IMG/VR virus record: IMGVR_UViG_3300028837_000819
Span: 1-57,846 of that record
Origin: a virus
Lineage: Duplodnaviria; Caudoviricetes
Length of the DNA: 57,846 bases
Reading direction: 5' to 3' (one strand)
Part shown: positions 8,809 to 18,968 of the stretch, piece after piece
How positions within the stretch are numbered: position 1 is the stretch's first letter
Layout of the letters: each line of letters starts with the position of its first letter
Translations under genes and position numbers: made by a program
The notes under the pieces: model-generated
The model's input: the letters and a program-made list of their open reading frames with translations, nothing else
The model's database searches: none
What the model was told of the DNA's origin: nothing

Positions 8809-10086
8809 GTGGCGACGAAGGCGAAGACGAAGAAGAAGCCCACGAAGAAGAAGCGGGCCAAGGGGTCCAACGGCCATTACGCGCGCGCGAATGTCGTGAG
8901 GCTCAAGGTCGCGGACCTCGAAGACGCTCCCTACAACGCGAGGACGATCACGCAGAAAGCTCTCAAGGGACTCTTCAAGAGCCTCGAAGAGTTCGGCCTC
9001 GTGCATCTCCCCGTGGTCAACAAGCGCAAGAAGAAGTACCGGATCATCGGCGGCCACCAGCGGGTCCTTCTTCTCAGGCGAGAGGGGGTCGAGCATGTAT
9101 GGTGCATCGTGGTGGAGGTCCCCGACGACGTTGAGCGAAAGGCCAACTTCACGCTCAATAACCGAGCTATCCAAGGGGAATTCGTTCCCGAACTCACCCG
9201 AGACCTACTGGACCGGATTCGGGGTCTCGTCGATAACGCAGACGCGAAAGACTCGCCCTTCAAGCTCCTCAACTTCGACGAGCTAGTGAAGCGGGTCTCC
9301 CGGAACATGAACGTGCTCTCCGGCGAGAACGGACAGCCGATCATCCTGAACGAGGGCCGCGTCGACGAGGACGCCGAGCCGCAGATGACGAAGACCAAGG
9401 CCGACTCTCAGGTCGGGACGATCTACGAACTCGGGGATCACCGCATTCACTGTGGGGGTCTCAAGGGTGTCGGGAGTCTCAAGGCGTTCGGTGTCGCAGA
9501 CGACGTGGTGGACATGGCCTTCACCCGGATCGCTGATCCCAAGACGCTGAGCGAGGGGTACCTCGACTCGTATCTCGGGACGATACTGGAGGGCACGAGG
9601 GGGGCCGTTTACATCGTCACGACGACGCGGAACCTCGCGCAGATTCAGCAGCGCTTCGAGGCTCTCCACGGGCACTGGTCAACTACGCTCATGTGGGTCT
9701 ATCCCGAGGCGAGCCCGTCGGTCGACGAGCGGTACCGGGACGTGCTCATCCCCGTCATCTATGGCTGGCCGGAGGGGGCGGATCGCCAGTTCTATGGGGA
9801 GAAGCGGATCAGCAACGTCTTCACCCTGAAGCGGGCACCGAAGAACAAGCTGCCGGTGGAGATCGCCATCAAGGCGTACGCGCTGTCCTCGTGCGACGGG
9901 GACAACGTGCTCGATGTGGACGTGGGGGACGGCTCAAGTGTCATCGCCGCGAGCATGACCCCGCGTCATCTGATTGGCTACGTACGAACGGCCCACGCCT
10001 GTGACAAGGTGCGGAGGAGATGGGCCGAATTCATTCATGGGCCGAAGTGCAACTGGAAAGCGCTTACACCGAAGCGTTCCGGATGA
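8809..10086 (+). CDS. ParB/Srx-like N-terminal domain fused to a degenerate N4/N6 DNA methyltransferase
   Basis: LEDAPYNAR..IIGGHQR ParB motif; GTIYELGDHRIHCG linker; DPPY is replaced by TRIA and DPFxGSG by DVDVGDGSS. Confidence 0.75.
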   Translation: MATKAKTKKKPTKKKRAKGSNGHYARANVVRLKVADLEDAPYNARTITQKALKGLFKSLEEFGLVHLPVVNKRKKKYRIIGGHQRVLLLRREGVEHVWCIVVEVPDDVERKANFTLNNRAIQGEFVPELTRDLLDRIRGLVDNADAKDSPFKLLNFDELVKRVSRNMNVLSGENGQPIILNEGRVDEDAEPQMTKTKADSQVGTIYELGDHRIHCGGLKGVGSLKAFGVADDVVDMAFTRIADPKTLSEGYLDSYLGTILEGTRGAVYIVTTTRNLAQIQQRFEALHGHWSTTLMWVYPEASPSVDERYRDVLIPVIYGWPEGADRQFYGEKRISNVFTLKRAPKNKLPVEIAIKAYALSSCDGDNVLDVDVGDGSSVIAASMTPRHLIGYVRTAHACDKVRRRWAEFIHGPKCNWKALTPKRSG

Positions 10087-10106
10087 CCGGAGGTGGAGGG
10101 CGCTGT

Positions 10107-10319
10107 GTGGAAGAACGAGAGCCGACGCTGTTAGGAAAGATCGCGTGCTTCTTTGGGGTGCACCCGTGGCAGTACAACACCCCGTGGAAGGGCGAGTACA
10201 TGTGGCCTCACCGGAGCCGGTGGAGGTGGAAGAGGCGCTGCATTGTCTGCGGGGTCGAGGAGGTCTGGTATCCTCACCTTCAAGGGCAGTCGAGCGGCGG
10301 ATGGCACAGACAGAGGTGA
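10107..10319 (+). CDS. Small Zn-finger protein (DUF1660-like)
   Basis: C-FFG-V-H-PW ... RRC-IV-CG pattern; GGAGG upstream of GTG. Confidence 0.55.
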   Translation: MEEREPTLLGKIACFFGVHPWQYNTPWKGEYMWPHRSRWRWKRRCIVCGVEEVWYPHLQGQSSGGWHRQR

Positions 10320-10322
10320 TCT

Positions 10323-11555
10323 ATGCCGATTGAGATGACGAAGCCGACGATCATGCGGCTCAAGCTGAGCACGCTTGAGTTCTCGAACTACAACCCGAGG
10401 CAGATCAGCGAGACCGCGATGCAGGGTCTCCGCGAGGCGCTGGCCGAGTTGGGTCTCATGGACATGCCTCTCGTCAACGTCGCCGACGGGAAGAAGAGGA
10501 TCATCAGCGGCCACATGCGCGCGCGAGCGCTTATGGAGGAGGGGTACACGGAGGCGGACTGCCTCGTCGTGGAGTTCGACGACCTGAAGGAGCAGATGGC
10601 GAACATCACGATGAACAACCCGGCCGTTCAGGGGAAGTGGGACCTGAAGGACATCGTGCCGACGCTCGATCAGATCACGGCGGACCTACCGAAGCCGGAC
10701 CACATGCTGCTGGAGACCTTGCTCCGGGACATCAGGAAGCAGGTCTCGCGCAACCCGGACCTGAGACCGTCGGGCAAGAAGTTCGCGGGCGGCACGCCCA
10801 AGTCGAGCGCCGGAGTGATCTACGGCCTCGGCCCGCACCGGCTGTACTGCGGAGCCATGCAGGACAAGGACGCGTTCCCCTTCATCTTCGGGAAGAAGCG
10901 AGCGACGGCGTGCGTCACCGATCCTCCGTACAACGTCCAGTACGAGCAGGCGGGCAAGGACGGCGAGATCGAGAATGACAACATGAGCCCGGCTGAGTTC
11001 CGGTCCTTCATGGAGGACGTGGTGTCCGTGATCCGGGCGTACGTCTCCGGCGTCACCTACATGTTCATGTCGAGCAAGTACCTGCCCGTCGTGCAGGACG
11101 TGTGGGAGTATCACGACGGGATCGTGGATCGCTGGATGGCGTGGGTGAAGACGAACCCGAGCGTCAGCAGCTTCCGGACGGTGGACTTCCACAGCCAGTT
11201 CGAGTGGATCATGTTCGGGTACAAGGCCGGGGCGAGTGTGCCGGAGGTCGAGACGGCGAGGACGAACCTCCTCATGTTCCCGAAGCCAGCAGTCAACAAG
11301 CTCCACCCGACGCAGAAGCCGCTCGAAGTGGTCGCGCCTCTGGTCGAGGACGCCACCGACGAGGGCGAGATCGTCTTCGATCCCTTTGTCGGGAGTGGGA
11401 CTACGATCATCGTCTGCGAGGTCCTGAAGCGCGTGTGCTTCGCCTGTGAGCTTGATCCCCGGCACGTGGACACCGCTCGACGGCGTTGGGCCGAGAGCGT
11501 GCACGGCGAGAATTGTGATTGGGAAGACTTGACTAAGGCGGTTTCGGCTATATGA
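10323..11555 (+). CDS. ParB/Srx-domain DNA methyltransferase (N6-adenine/N4-cytosine, beta class)
   Basis: NYNPR..IISGHMR ParB motif; TDPPY catalytic motif; HPTQKP; FDPFVGSGTT SAM-binding motif. Confidence 0.9.
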   Translation: MPIEMTKPTIMRLKLSTLEFSNYNPRQISETAMQGLREALAELGLMDMPLVNVADGKKRIISGHMRARALMEEGYTEADCLVVEFDDLKEQMANITMNNPAVQGKWDLKDIVPTLDQITADLPKPDHMLLETLLRDIRKQVSRNPDLRPSGKKFAGGTPKSSAGVIYGLGPHRLYCGAMQDKDAFPFIFGKKRATACVTDPPYNVQYEQAGKDGEIENDNMSPAEFRSFMEDVVSVIRAYVSGVTYMFMSSKYLPVVQDVWEYHDGIVDRWMAWVKTNPSVSSFRTVDFHSQFEWIMFGYKAGASVPEVETARTNLLMFPKPAVNKLHPTQKPLEVVAPLVEDATDEGEIVFDPFVGSGTTIIVCEVLKRVCFACELDPRHVDTARRRWAESVHGENCDWEDLTKAVSAI

Positions 11556-11556
11556 T
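11529..11556 (+). promoter_or_regulatory. Sigma70-like promoter TTGACT-N16-TATGAT
   Basis: Near-consensus hexamers overlapping the MTase stop, upstream of the GAGGAG RBS of 11600. Confidence 0.6.
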
Positions 11557-11599
11557 GGCCGATGTCACACTGCTCTATTAAATAGAGGAGAAAGCGACG

Positions 11600-11941
11600 A
11601 TGGATGCACCGAAGTATCTGTACCATGCCACCTACCTTGCAAACTATGACGGGGACACCATTGACCTCAACGTGGACCTCGGCTTCAACATCAACGTGAC
11701 GATCCGCGTACGGCTCCTCGGTGTGGACACGCCCGAGCTTCGGGGTGTCGACGAGGCCGAGAAGACGCGCGGCCAGCGGGCGAAGGACTTCACCTGTCAG
11801 TTCCTCTCGGGCGAGGACGTGATCGTCAAGACCTACAAGGACAAGAAGGGGAAGTACGGCCGATGGCTCGCGGAGCTTTGGGTCGGGCAGAGGAGCTTGG
11901 GCGACGCGCTGCAGGAGGCGGGGCTCGCGGCTCCCATGTGA
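11600..11941 (+). CDS. Thermonuclease (SNase-like) family nuclease
   Basis: DGDT..DLGF..RVRLLGVDTPE..KGKYGRWLA motifs intact. Confidence 0.9.
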   Translation: MDAPKYLYHATYLANYDGDTIDLNVDLGFNINVTIRVRLLGVDTPELRGVDEAEKTRGQRAKDFTCQFLSGEDVIVKTYKDKKGKYGRWLAELWVGQRSLGDALQEAGLAAPM

Positions 11942-11963
11942 CGGGTCGGATCGGGAATATCAG

Positions 11964-14900
11964 ATGCCCTTGACGTACAAGGTCCCTAAGAACGTCCGCG
12001 CAGCGGCCGAGAATGCCCTCAGAGCGCACGCAAAGCGTCCGGGCGGCTCGGAAGCCGTCTCGGGGGCCGGTATCGCGACAGCGCTCAAGGAAGGCACCGT
12101 GGGGCTCGATCTGGTGGCCTCTCTGCACCGGTTCTTCACGATCAACGAGCGCCTATACCGTGCAGCCATACGGACCCTCCAAGATGACCTCACCGCGCCC
12201 GTGATCCTGTCGTGGAGACTACATGGGGACACGGGCGGCAAGGTATGGGCTCGCCGGGTCTTCACGCAGGCGGTGAAGGAGGGACTCCTCGAAGAGGATC
12301 AGTACGCCGCCCTCTTCCGCCGCGAGCCCGAGCAGATTTACGACCTCTTCGCCGCCGACGCGTGGCGATGGGAGTACGGCCTCGATCCACGGAGCGCCGC
12401 TCGCTTCGTCGAGGAGTACGCTCACCAGACCGGCAACCTTCTGGAGATCAACCGGGCCTTCGGCGACGGAGCAAAGGCCGTCGGCAACGCCGTCTATCGC
12501 CGGTACCACACGCCCAACCCGTTCGAGGAAGTGTACAAGGCGATGGTCGTGGAGGACGTGGACTACAAGCTCGCGGCCGAGCTTGATCTCCATGACATGT
12601 GCCGGAGCGCGAACATCCCGCTGAGCGAATCGCTCTTCCCGCAGATCGCGAACAAGTCCGACCTCACCGTGGCGAAGACGATATGGGGCCAGTTCGTCGC
12701 GTACTTCATCCTTGCCGTCGAGGCTCCGGACCTTCTCAAGCCGGTGCACAAGGGCTCGAAGATTCCGCCGCTCCTGATGCAGACTCCGAAGAAGCACTTC
12801 GCGTACCCGGACCCGATCAACACCTACATCCGTTACTTCCATCCCGATGGCGCGAAATACGTGGACCCCAACAAGGACAAGAAGTTTGTGGGCCTTGAGG
12901 TCGAAGCCGAGAACCTCATGAAGCGCGCGTTCTATGGGAAGAAGATCACCCGAGTGCAGGCTCTCAAGTTCCTCGGCCGAGCCCGACGCTGGACCGCGAA
13001 GAACAAGATGGCCGGGAGCCTCTTCCACATCTTCAACGCTGACTGGAAGAAGGCCAACTGGCAGCACATCCTTGACAACATCCCGCTCGAAGCCGACGTC
13101 CAGCCTGCCTTCGCGGCGTTCGTCGCGGGCAACCCGATGCCTGCCGAGGGTGTGGACCTACAACAGACGCTCGCCAAGAAAGCCACGAAGGTGGGGGTCA
13201 TCAAGGCGCTGTCCATTCAGTATGGCGACATGCCGACGGCCATCGAGCCCATGAAGCTCCGTGACACGGACTCCGGCAAGTGGGCCAAGGGAGAGAAGAC
13301 TCCGCTCGGAGTTTACAGCGTTCTCCTGAGTGCGGGGACGGATCACAAGTTCATCATGCTCGGCGCATACAAGGTGCCAAGCCAGAACGAGCCGATCCTC
13401 GTGTATCACCCGGAGTTCGACGAGGCGAATCTCAAGCTCACAGGCGACGCCAAGCTCCTCGACGCGCTCAAGAAGAAGAGCGTCATCATCGTGCAGGGTC
13501 ACAAGGACATGCCGGGCACTATCTACGGAGCGCCCGAGAAGCCGAAGAAAGAGGATCAGGCACCGGGCGCGGCCGAAGACGAGGACGCGCTCCTCGCCTT
13601 CATCGCCAGCGAGCTTGAGTTGCCAGTCGACGAGGTGAAGGCGATCTCCCTCACGCTCACTGAGTCGTGGGCCACGTTCGGATACGAGTATCCGGAGTGG
13701 ATGTTCATCGAGACGACGGACCTTGATTACAAGAAGGAGGGCACGGAGTTCTCGCTGAAGCTCCTCGGCGCGTTCGAGACGGCCGTCCAGATGGTCATTG
13801 CCTACCGGGATGATGACGGCGATCTCGGGTGGACCGACGATGACGAGTTCTCGCAGGCGATCACGAAGCACTATGTCCGCCCGCAGGGGTGGGAGCCCAA
13901 CGTTCCCGAGGACCCGGCCTTCCCCGATTGGGTTCCCAAAGAGCTTGGCAAGATGTTCGGAGTCGGGGCGGCCAACGTCAGTCAGGTACCGCTCAGCAGT
14001 ACCAAGTTTGCCAAGGCGTGCAAGATAGAGAGCCTTGAGTGCAAGTCGTACTCGCAGTGGGTGTACTGCGGGCCGACCTACCAACTCATTGGTGCGGCGC
14101 AGATCGGCGGCGTCGTCCACATCGTCTTTCAGGACATCATTGACCCGAACGACCTCATAGGTCCGATGGACTCGATGGCGTCGCAGTCGGTGTACGACGG
14201 GACCGCGTACCCGTCGGACAAGAAGCAAGCGCTTCCCGATGACCTCCACAAGTTCACGGACGAAGAATACTCGGCGATCAAGAATCAGTACAACCTTGAG
14301 GAGCCGGACGTTCTCTCTGTCCCTCTCGAAACCACGGATAGCTACGACACCGCGAAGGAGAACGGGTGGGGCTTCCGTCGCGGGACTGTGTGGGGGGTGA
14401 AGACAGCGGGCGGCGCGTGGCTCTATTACAAGGTTTCCGGAGCCTTCAAGAAAGGCTTCGAGGTCATGTTCCTCCTGTACAAGGGTGAGGATCAGAACAG
14501 CACCACCGATATCGCGTTCTTCTACGATTCCGTCTTCAAGGGTGGCCTCAACAACGGTGACATCATCCCGGCTGCGCAGGTCCCCGTTACGTCCCCGCCC
14601 AAGTTCGTCGTCGGGGACGTGCTCGATTTCCCGTCGGCCCGGTGGGCGGTGTTGGGGTTCCAGTCCCAACAGTATCTCCTTCAGCCTCTCAACGTCAGCT
14701 ACGATATCAAGGCCACGACCACGGGCTTTCAGGACGTTGTGGAGGGGGCGGCCGAGAAGGTCGGCCACATCGACGAGCCGCTCGCTGGCGCGCTCCTCAC
14801 CGCGCACATCGTTCTCCCAAGCGGTTGGGAGCACATGCCGAAGGCCGAGTTCGTCGAGGAGACTGGACTCGCGCTCGGGACCGCCGTCAACATGGGCGGG

Positions 14901-17900
14901 AGCAATTATTGGATCAGCGGCGGCGTGAAGAACACGGCTGGCGAAACATACGTGCTCGGAACACGGCCCGCGACGTCAAAGAATTCCGGCTGGTCTGATA
15001 TCGCGTACATCGAGCCGCTCCTCTCGCCTGCTAGTGACTACATCACCGAGTACGAGTCCACGTACGAGCCCACCGATCCGAAGCCGGAGCCCGGTGCGGA
15101 GGACGCGCTCGACGCGGTGGACGACGAGGCTGGCAACGCTGCGATGAGCGGTACGAATCCTGCCTTCACCTTCCTCAAGAAGAAGGATTGGACTCCGGCG
15201 GTCAAGAGTGAGAGCCCTGAGTTCCAGTGGGACCTCGGAGCGAAGCTCCAATACGGTCCGGAGAAGACGCGGACGATCATCGGGTACGGCTTCGCCGACG
15301 AGGCTGCTATCTACGTCATGGTCACCGAGAAGGGCAACGTCAACTTCAAGTCTGTCAAGGTGGGGAATCAGCAGTATGGCCCCGTGATCGAGTACGTCCA
15401 GAACATCGTTGACAACCTTCACCCGAAGCCGAGTGACGCGGGGAAGCAGAAGTTCCCGAAGCTCAATTACGGGCTCTCGTCGCACGCCAAGAAGCTCGCG
15501 CAGAAGCACGATCTGATCTATATCTCGTCGCCTGCCAATGCTCCCTTCTACGTGGGCTCCAAGATTTACGATAGCGTCGAAGGTAAGAGCGGCTGGCTCG
15601 TCGCGTGGACTGGTGACCCCGAGGAGCACGAGTTCAACGGGATCATCATGTACAAGGACGGCACGTGGTCCGAGCAGTCCTTCAACGCGATCCTCAACAA
15701 CCTGAGCATCAAGTACGCGAACACCAACGTGATCGACGAGACTGAGGGTGACATCACCTTTGGCAAGGGTTCTGAGAACGTCTCCATGACGGTGAACTAC
15801 CCCGGAGGCTCGCTGCCGACCAAGCCGGTCGAGGGGTGGGATGACCCAACGCCGGTTCAGCAGCCCGCCTTCCCGGAGCTTCCTTCAGGCAAGCACATCT
15901 CGGCTGGCGTCGTTGCCGTCTTCCCGGCAACTTCGACGGGCGTCAACAGCGGACCCACCATCGCGGTGCTCCCGAAGGCGACGTTTGTCATGACGCATCC
16001 GATGAACGAGTTCGCCGGGTACTCGATCACGTTCCCGAAGGGCACCGTCGAGCCGGGCGAGTCCATCGAGAAGGCTGCCGTTCGAGAGTGCTTCGAGGAG
16101 ACGGGTCTCACCATGAAGCTCGTCGCGTTCCTCGGGGACTACAAGGGCCAGTCCTCGTTGACGCGGATGTTCATGGGGTACGTGACCGGCGGCGATCCGA
16201 AGGCGGCCGGGAAGGAAACCGACGCCGTCTCCCTGAAGCCATTCGACTTCGCTGCGCCGCCCTCGGAGCAGAAGTGGTGGAGTCAGCTTCAGGATCGTGA
16301 CAAGAAGATCGTGGACGATGCCATCGACTGGATGAACACCAACGGGCTCCCCAATGAGGTGAAGATCAGCGAGGCGGCAGAGGACAGCGCCGTTACCGGA
16401 CCACAGGACACGGAAGGCTCGAACGGACCGGATACCTACGACCCGAAGGCTGAGCACGAGTACAAGCAGGAGTTCCCCAAGCAACTCATCAGCACGGCGG
16501 ACTATAAGGTCACCGTCGATACGAAGAAGTGGTGCGGCTCCTTCTTCGGCACGGTGTATTACGAGCAGTGGTGGTACGGGAAGCAACTGGAATGGATCAA
16601 CTTGGGCTATCCGCCCGTCGGCGCTCTCATCAAAGCTCCGGATGCTCAGGTCCCGGTCTCGCGCGTGCGCGCGTACGTGGACACGAAGGAGAAGGATGAG
16701 GGGGGCGAATACTTCGGGACCTACATCGTCGTCGAGTACGAGGACAAGACGACTCATTGGGCGCTCCTCATCAACAGCGGTCAGGCTGGAGCAACGCCTT
16801 ACAAGCCCGAAGTCTTCCAGCCCGTCGTCTCGAAAACGTCTGTCAAGCCGACGGCGATCACGGCGGACACGACCAAGGACGATGTGTGGAAGACGCTCCT
16901 CTTCAAGGCCCCGTTCCCCGTCAGTCAGGAAATGCAGGACGCGCTCAAGAAGACGGCGGCGGCGATCCCCTCGATACCGGCCACCTTCTCGTGCGCGAAG
17001 AACATGACGAAGGGACCTCCCTACGGAGAGATCGTCGTCTATCCGGCGCTCGATTCGGACGTGCCGTACCTCGTGGCCGGGTACGTCGAGTGGAAAGACA
17101 CGGAGGGAAACGATTACAGCTTCGCGCTCCTTGTCGGCGGCGGCAAGGTACAGGTCATTCCGTCGCTCAACTTCATAACCGACGAGTGGTCCATAGACGC
17201 GAACGCGAAAGCGGCACAGAGCCCGGCCGATCCGTTCTTCACACACCCGGACCCCAACATCAACGCGGTCATTCAGCAAATCTATGCCAACGGCGGGGAC
17301 ACCAAGGCCGTCGGCACGACGGTCGGTCAGTTCAAGGATCAGTGGATGAAGGAGGCGAAGCTCCCTGCCTACGCCGTCGTCACCAAGCCTCTCCTTCAGG
17401 ACGTGGCGTCGCTCTTCGTTCCCGGTGCGGCCACGCAGGCACAGTACGACGCCATTGTCGGTTGCCTCAAAGCCCGGATGAAGGCCACGCACAAGAACAA
17501 GGGCAAGAAGGGCACGAGCGCCGGGACCGCTGTCGCCACGCCGCAGATCACGGCCGCCGCTCCGGTTCTTCCCGAGGTCAACGTTCCGAAGAAGGTCCTG
17601 AAAGCGAAGGGACTCAACGTCGAGTCCGCCGTCTATCAGAACTACGTCAATACCCCGCAGCCGATGCTCTTCAGCGATCTCGGTCAGACCGTTGGTGGTG
17701 GCTCGAAGCCGAACAAGCTCCTTGCCGGTCCCGGCGGGACGAAGTGGTTCTTCAAGATGGGTCCGGGGAAGGAGACCTTCCGGCCGTACGTGGACCGTGC
17801 GGCGTATCTGATCTCCGACCTCGTGAAGGATAACAACATCCCCGTCGGCGTCATGGAGTTCGAGGGCGGCGTCGGGTCCTACCAGCCGTACGCCGAGGAC

Positions 17901-18968
17901 GCGACGAATCCGCCGAGCGATCCCACCACGCTGTCGCCGGAGAACATGGCAGAGGTCCTCGCTCAGCACATGGTCGATATGTTTATGGGGGACCACGACG
18001 GCCACGTCGGCAACTGGCTGCGGATCGGCACACAGCTTCGCGCCGTTGACCGGGGGCAGGCGTTCAAGTTCCTCTTCCAGAACAAGAATGATAGCTACGA
18101 TCCCACGTGGCACGCCAAGGGGAACTTCGGTGAGGGGTACGCCAAGAAGCTCCTCATCGAGTGGGGCAACAACAACGTCGATCTTCCCAAGGAGTCTCTG
18201 CAGGGCGCGCGCGACGCCATCGCCAAGGTGCAGGCCATCGTGGACCAGCAGCTTGAGGCGATCCTCACACCGGTCTTCGACGCTCGTGACACGTCACCAG
18301 CTGAGCGGAAGAAGATTCTGAAGAAGCTGTACACGAGGAGGGATAACTACCTCAAGGACTGGACGGCCGTCATGAAGGGCTTGAAGAAGGGCTTCAAGTG
18401 GCCGTCGGTCGGTGTCACGATCCCGAAGATTACCCCGCTCAAGTCCTCTCCGAAGACGCAGGAGTTCAAGGCGCGCGAGGAGAAGACGATCAAGGAGGCC
18501 GTCGCGGCGGGCTGGCAGGGCAAGGCTCTCCAGATCGACAAGGATGCCATCGAGAATCAGGAGGTCATGGTTCGGCGGGTGACCTACGAAGAGAAGCCGG
18601 GCATGAAGATACCCGCGACGCTGATCCAGTTCCGTGTTGCTCGCGAAGCCGGACTGAAGCTCGTGCAGACGCTCGCCCCGAAGGCGAAGGTCACCATCGA
18701 GGAGGGCGGTACGGCATTCGGTCCGCAGCGCCTCAAGGCCGACGTGGTGAAGAATTATTACGAGGCGATCCTTGCCGCGATCAAGAGCGTCAATCATCAC
18801 CTCTCCAAGGAGAAGAACCTAGAGATCAACATGGATCAACATGCAGACGGTTGGCAATGCGCTCAACCTATCGCCGGAATTGGAGAAGATTTTCAGCCAG
18901 ACCAAGGACCCGGCTGGCACCTACAAAGCAACTGGCGAACCGAACGACGCCGTGAACGCGATGGCTGA
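11964..18968 (+). CDS. Giant polyvalent protein, N-terminal part: phage head-associated helical domain, ~10 SH3-like barrels, NUDIX hydrolase, PI3K/HipA-like kinase; frameshifted at 18824-18843
   Basis: Nudix box GTVEPGESIEKAAVRECFEETGL (~16041-16109); kinase-like GGGSK..WFFK..GDHDGHVGN..VDRG (~17694-18065). Confidence 0.8.
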   Translation: MPLTYKVPKNVRAAAENALRAHAKRPGGSEAVSGAGIATALKEGTVGLDLVASLHRFFTINERLYRAAIRTLQDDLTAPVILSWRLHGDTGGKVWARRVFTQAVKEGLLEEDQYAALFRREPEQIYDLFAADAWRWEYGLDPRSAARFVEEYAHQTGNLLEINRAFGDGAKAVGNAVYRRYHTPNPFEEVYKAMVVEDVDYKLAAELDLHDMCRSANIPLSESLFPQIANKSDLTVAKTIWGQFVAYFILAVEAPDLLKPVHKGSKIPPLLMQTPKKHFAYPDPINTYIRYFHPDGAKYVDPNKDKKFVGLEVEAENLMKRAFYGKKITRVQALKFLGRARRWTAKNKMAGSLFHIFNADWKKANWQHILDNIPLEADVQPAFAAFVAGNPMPAEGVDLQQTLAKKATKVGVIKALSIQYGDMPTAIEPMKLRDTDSGKWAKGEKTPLGVYSVLLSAGTDHKFIMLGAYKVPSQNEPILVYHPEFDEANLKLTGDAKLLDALKKKSVIIVQGHKDMPGTIYGAPEKPKKEDQAPGAAEDEDALLAFIASELELPVDEVKAISLTLTESWATFGYEYPEWMFIETTDLDYKKEGTEFSLKLLGAFETAVQMVIAYRDDDGDLGWTDDDEFSQAITKHYVRPQGWEPNVPEDPAFPDWVPKELGKMFGVGAANVSQVPLSSTKFAKACKIESLECKSYSQWVYCGPTYQLIGAAQIGGVVHIVFQDIIDPNDLIGPMDSMASQSVYDGTAYPSDKKQALPDDLHKFTDEEYSAIKNQYNLEEPDVLSVPLETTDSYDTAKENGWGFRRGTVWGVKTAGGAWLYYKVSGAFKKGFEVMFLLYKGEDQNSTTDIAFFYDSVFKGGLNNGDIIPAAQVPVTSPPKFVVGDVLDFPSARWAVLGFQSQQYLLQPLNVSYDIKATTTGFQDVVEGAAEKVGHIDEPLAGALLTAHIVLPSGWEHMPKAEFVEETGLALGTAVNMGGSNYWISGGVKNTAGETYVLGTRPATSKNSGWSDIAYIEPLLSPASDYITEYESTYEPTDPKPEPGAEDALDAVDDEAGNAAMSGTNPAFTFLKKKDWTPAVKSESPEFQWDLGAKLQYGPEKTRTIIGYGFADEAAIYVMVTEKGNVNFKSVKVGNQQYGPVIEYVQNIVDNLHPKPSDAGKQKFPKLNYGLSSHAKKLAQKHDLIYISSPANAPFYVGSKIYDSVEGKSGWLVAWTGDPEEHEFNGIIMYKDGTWSEQSFNAILNNLSIKYANTNVIDETEGDITFGKGSENVSMTVNYPGGSLPTKPVEGWDDPTPVQQPAFPELPSGKHISAGVVAVFPATSTGVNSGPTIAVLPKATFVMTHPMNEFAGYSITFPKGTVEPGESIEKAAVRECFEETGLTMKLVAFLGDYKGQSSLTRMFMGYVTGGDPKAAGKETDAVSLKPFDFAAPPSEQKWWSQLQDRDKKIVDDAIDWMNTNGLPNEVKISEAAEDSAVTGPQDTEGSNGPDTYDPKAEHEYKQEFPKQLISTADYKVTVDTKKWCGSFFGTVYYEQWWYGKQLEWINLGYPPVGALIKAPDAQVPVSRVRAYVDTKEKDEGGEYFGTYIVVEYEDKTTHWALLINSGQAGATPYKPEVFQPVVSKTSVKPTAITADTTKDDVWKTLLFKAPFPVSQEMQDALKKTAAAIPSIPATFSCAKNMTKGPPYGEIVVYPALDSDVPYLVAGYVEWKDTEGNDYSFALLVGGGKVQVIPSLNFITDEWSIDANAKAAQSPADPFFTHPDPNINAVIQQIYANGGDTKAVGTTVGQFKDQWMKEAKLPAYAVVTKPLLQDVASLFVPGAATQAQYDAIVGCLKARMKATHKNKGKKGTSAGTAVATPQITAAAPVLPEVNVPKKVLKAKGLNVESAVYQNYVNTPQPMLFSDLGQTVGGGSKPNKLLAGPGGTKWFFKMGPGKETFRPYVDRAAYLISDLVKDNNIPVGVMEFEGGVGSYQPYAEDATNPPSDPTTLSPENMAEVLAQHMVDMFMGDHDGHVGNWLRIGTQLRAVDRGQAFKFLFQNKNDSYDPTWHAKGNFGEGYAKKLLIEWGNNNVDLPKESLQGARDAIAKVQAIVDQQLEAILTPVFDARDTSPAERKKILKKLYTRRDNYLKDWTAVMKGLKKGFKWPSVGVTIPKITPLKSSPKTQEFKAREEKTIKEAVAAGWQGKALQIDKDAIENQEVMVRRVTYEEKPGMKIPATLIQFRVAREAGLKLVQTLAPKAKVTIEEGGTAFGPQRLKADVVKNYYEAILAAIKSVNHHLSKEKNLEINMDQHADGWQCAQPIAGIGEDFQPDQGPGWHLQSNWRTERRRERDG
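18824..18843 (+). repeat. 10-bp tandem duplication GATCAACATG x2 causing a frameshift
   Basis: gatcaacatg at 18824-18833 and 18834-18843. Confidence 0.9.

Noticed and set aside
11577-11585. TATTAAATA resembling the T4 late promoter TATAAATA
   Set aside because: Imperfect, single occurrence, and not seen before the capsid, sheath or other late genes.
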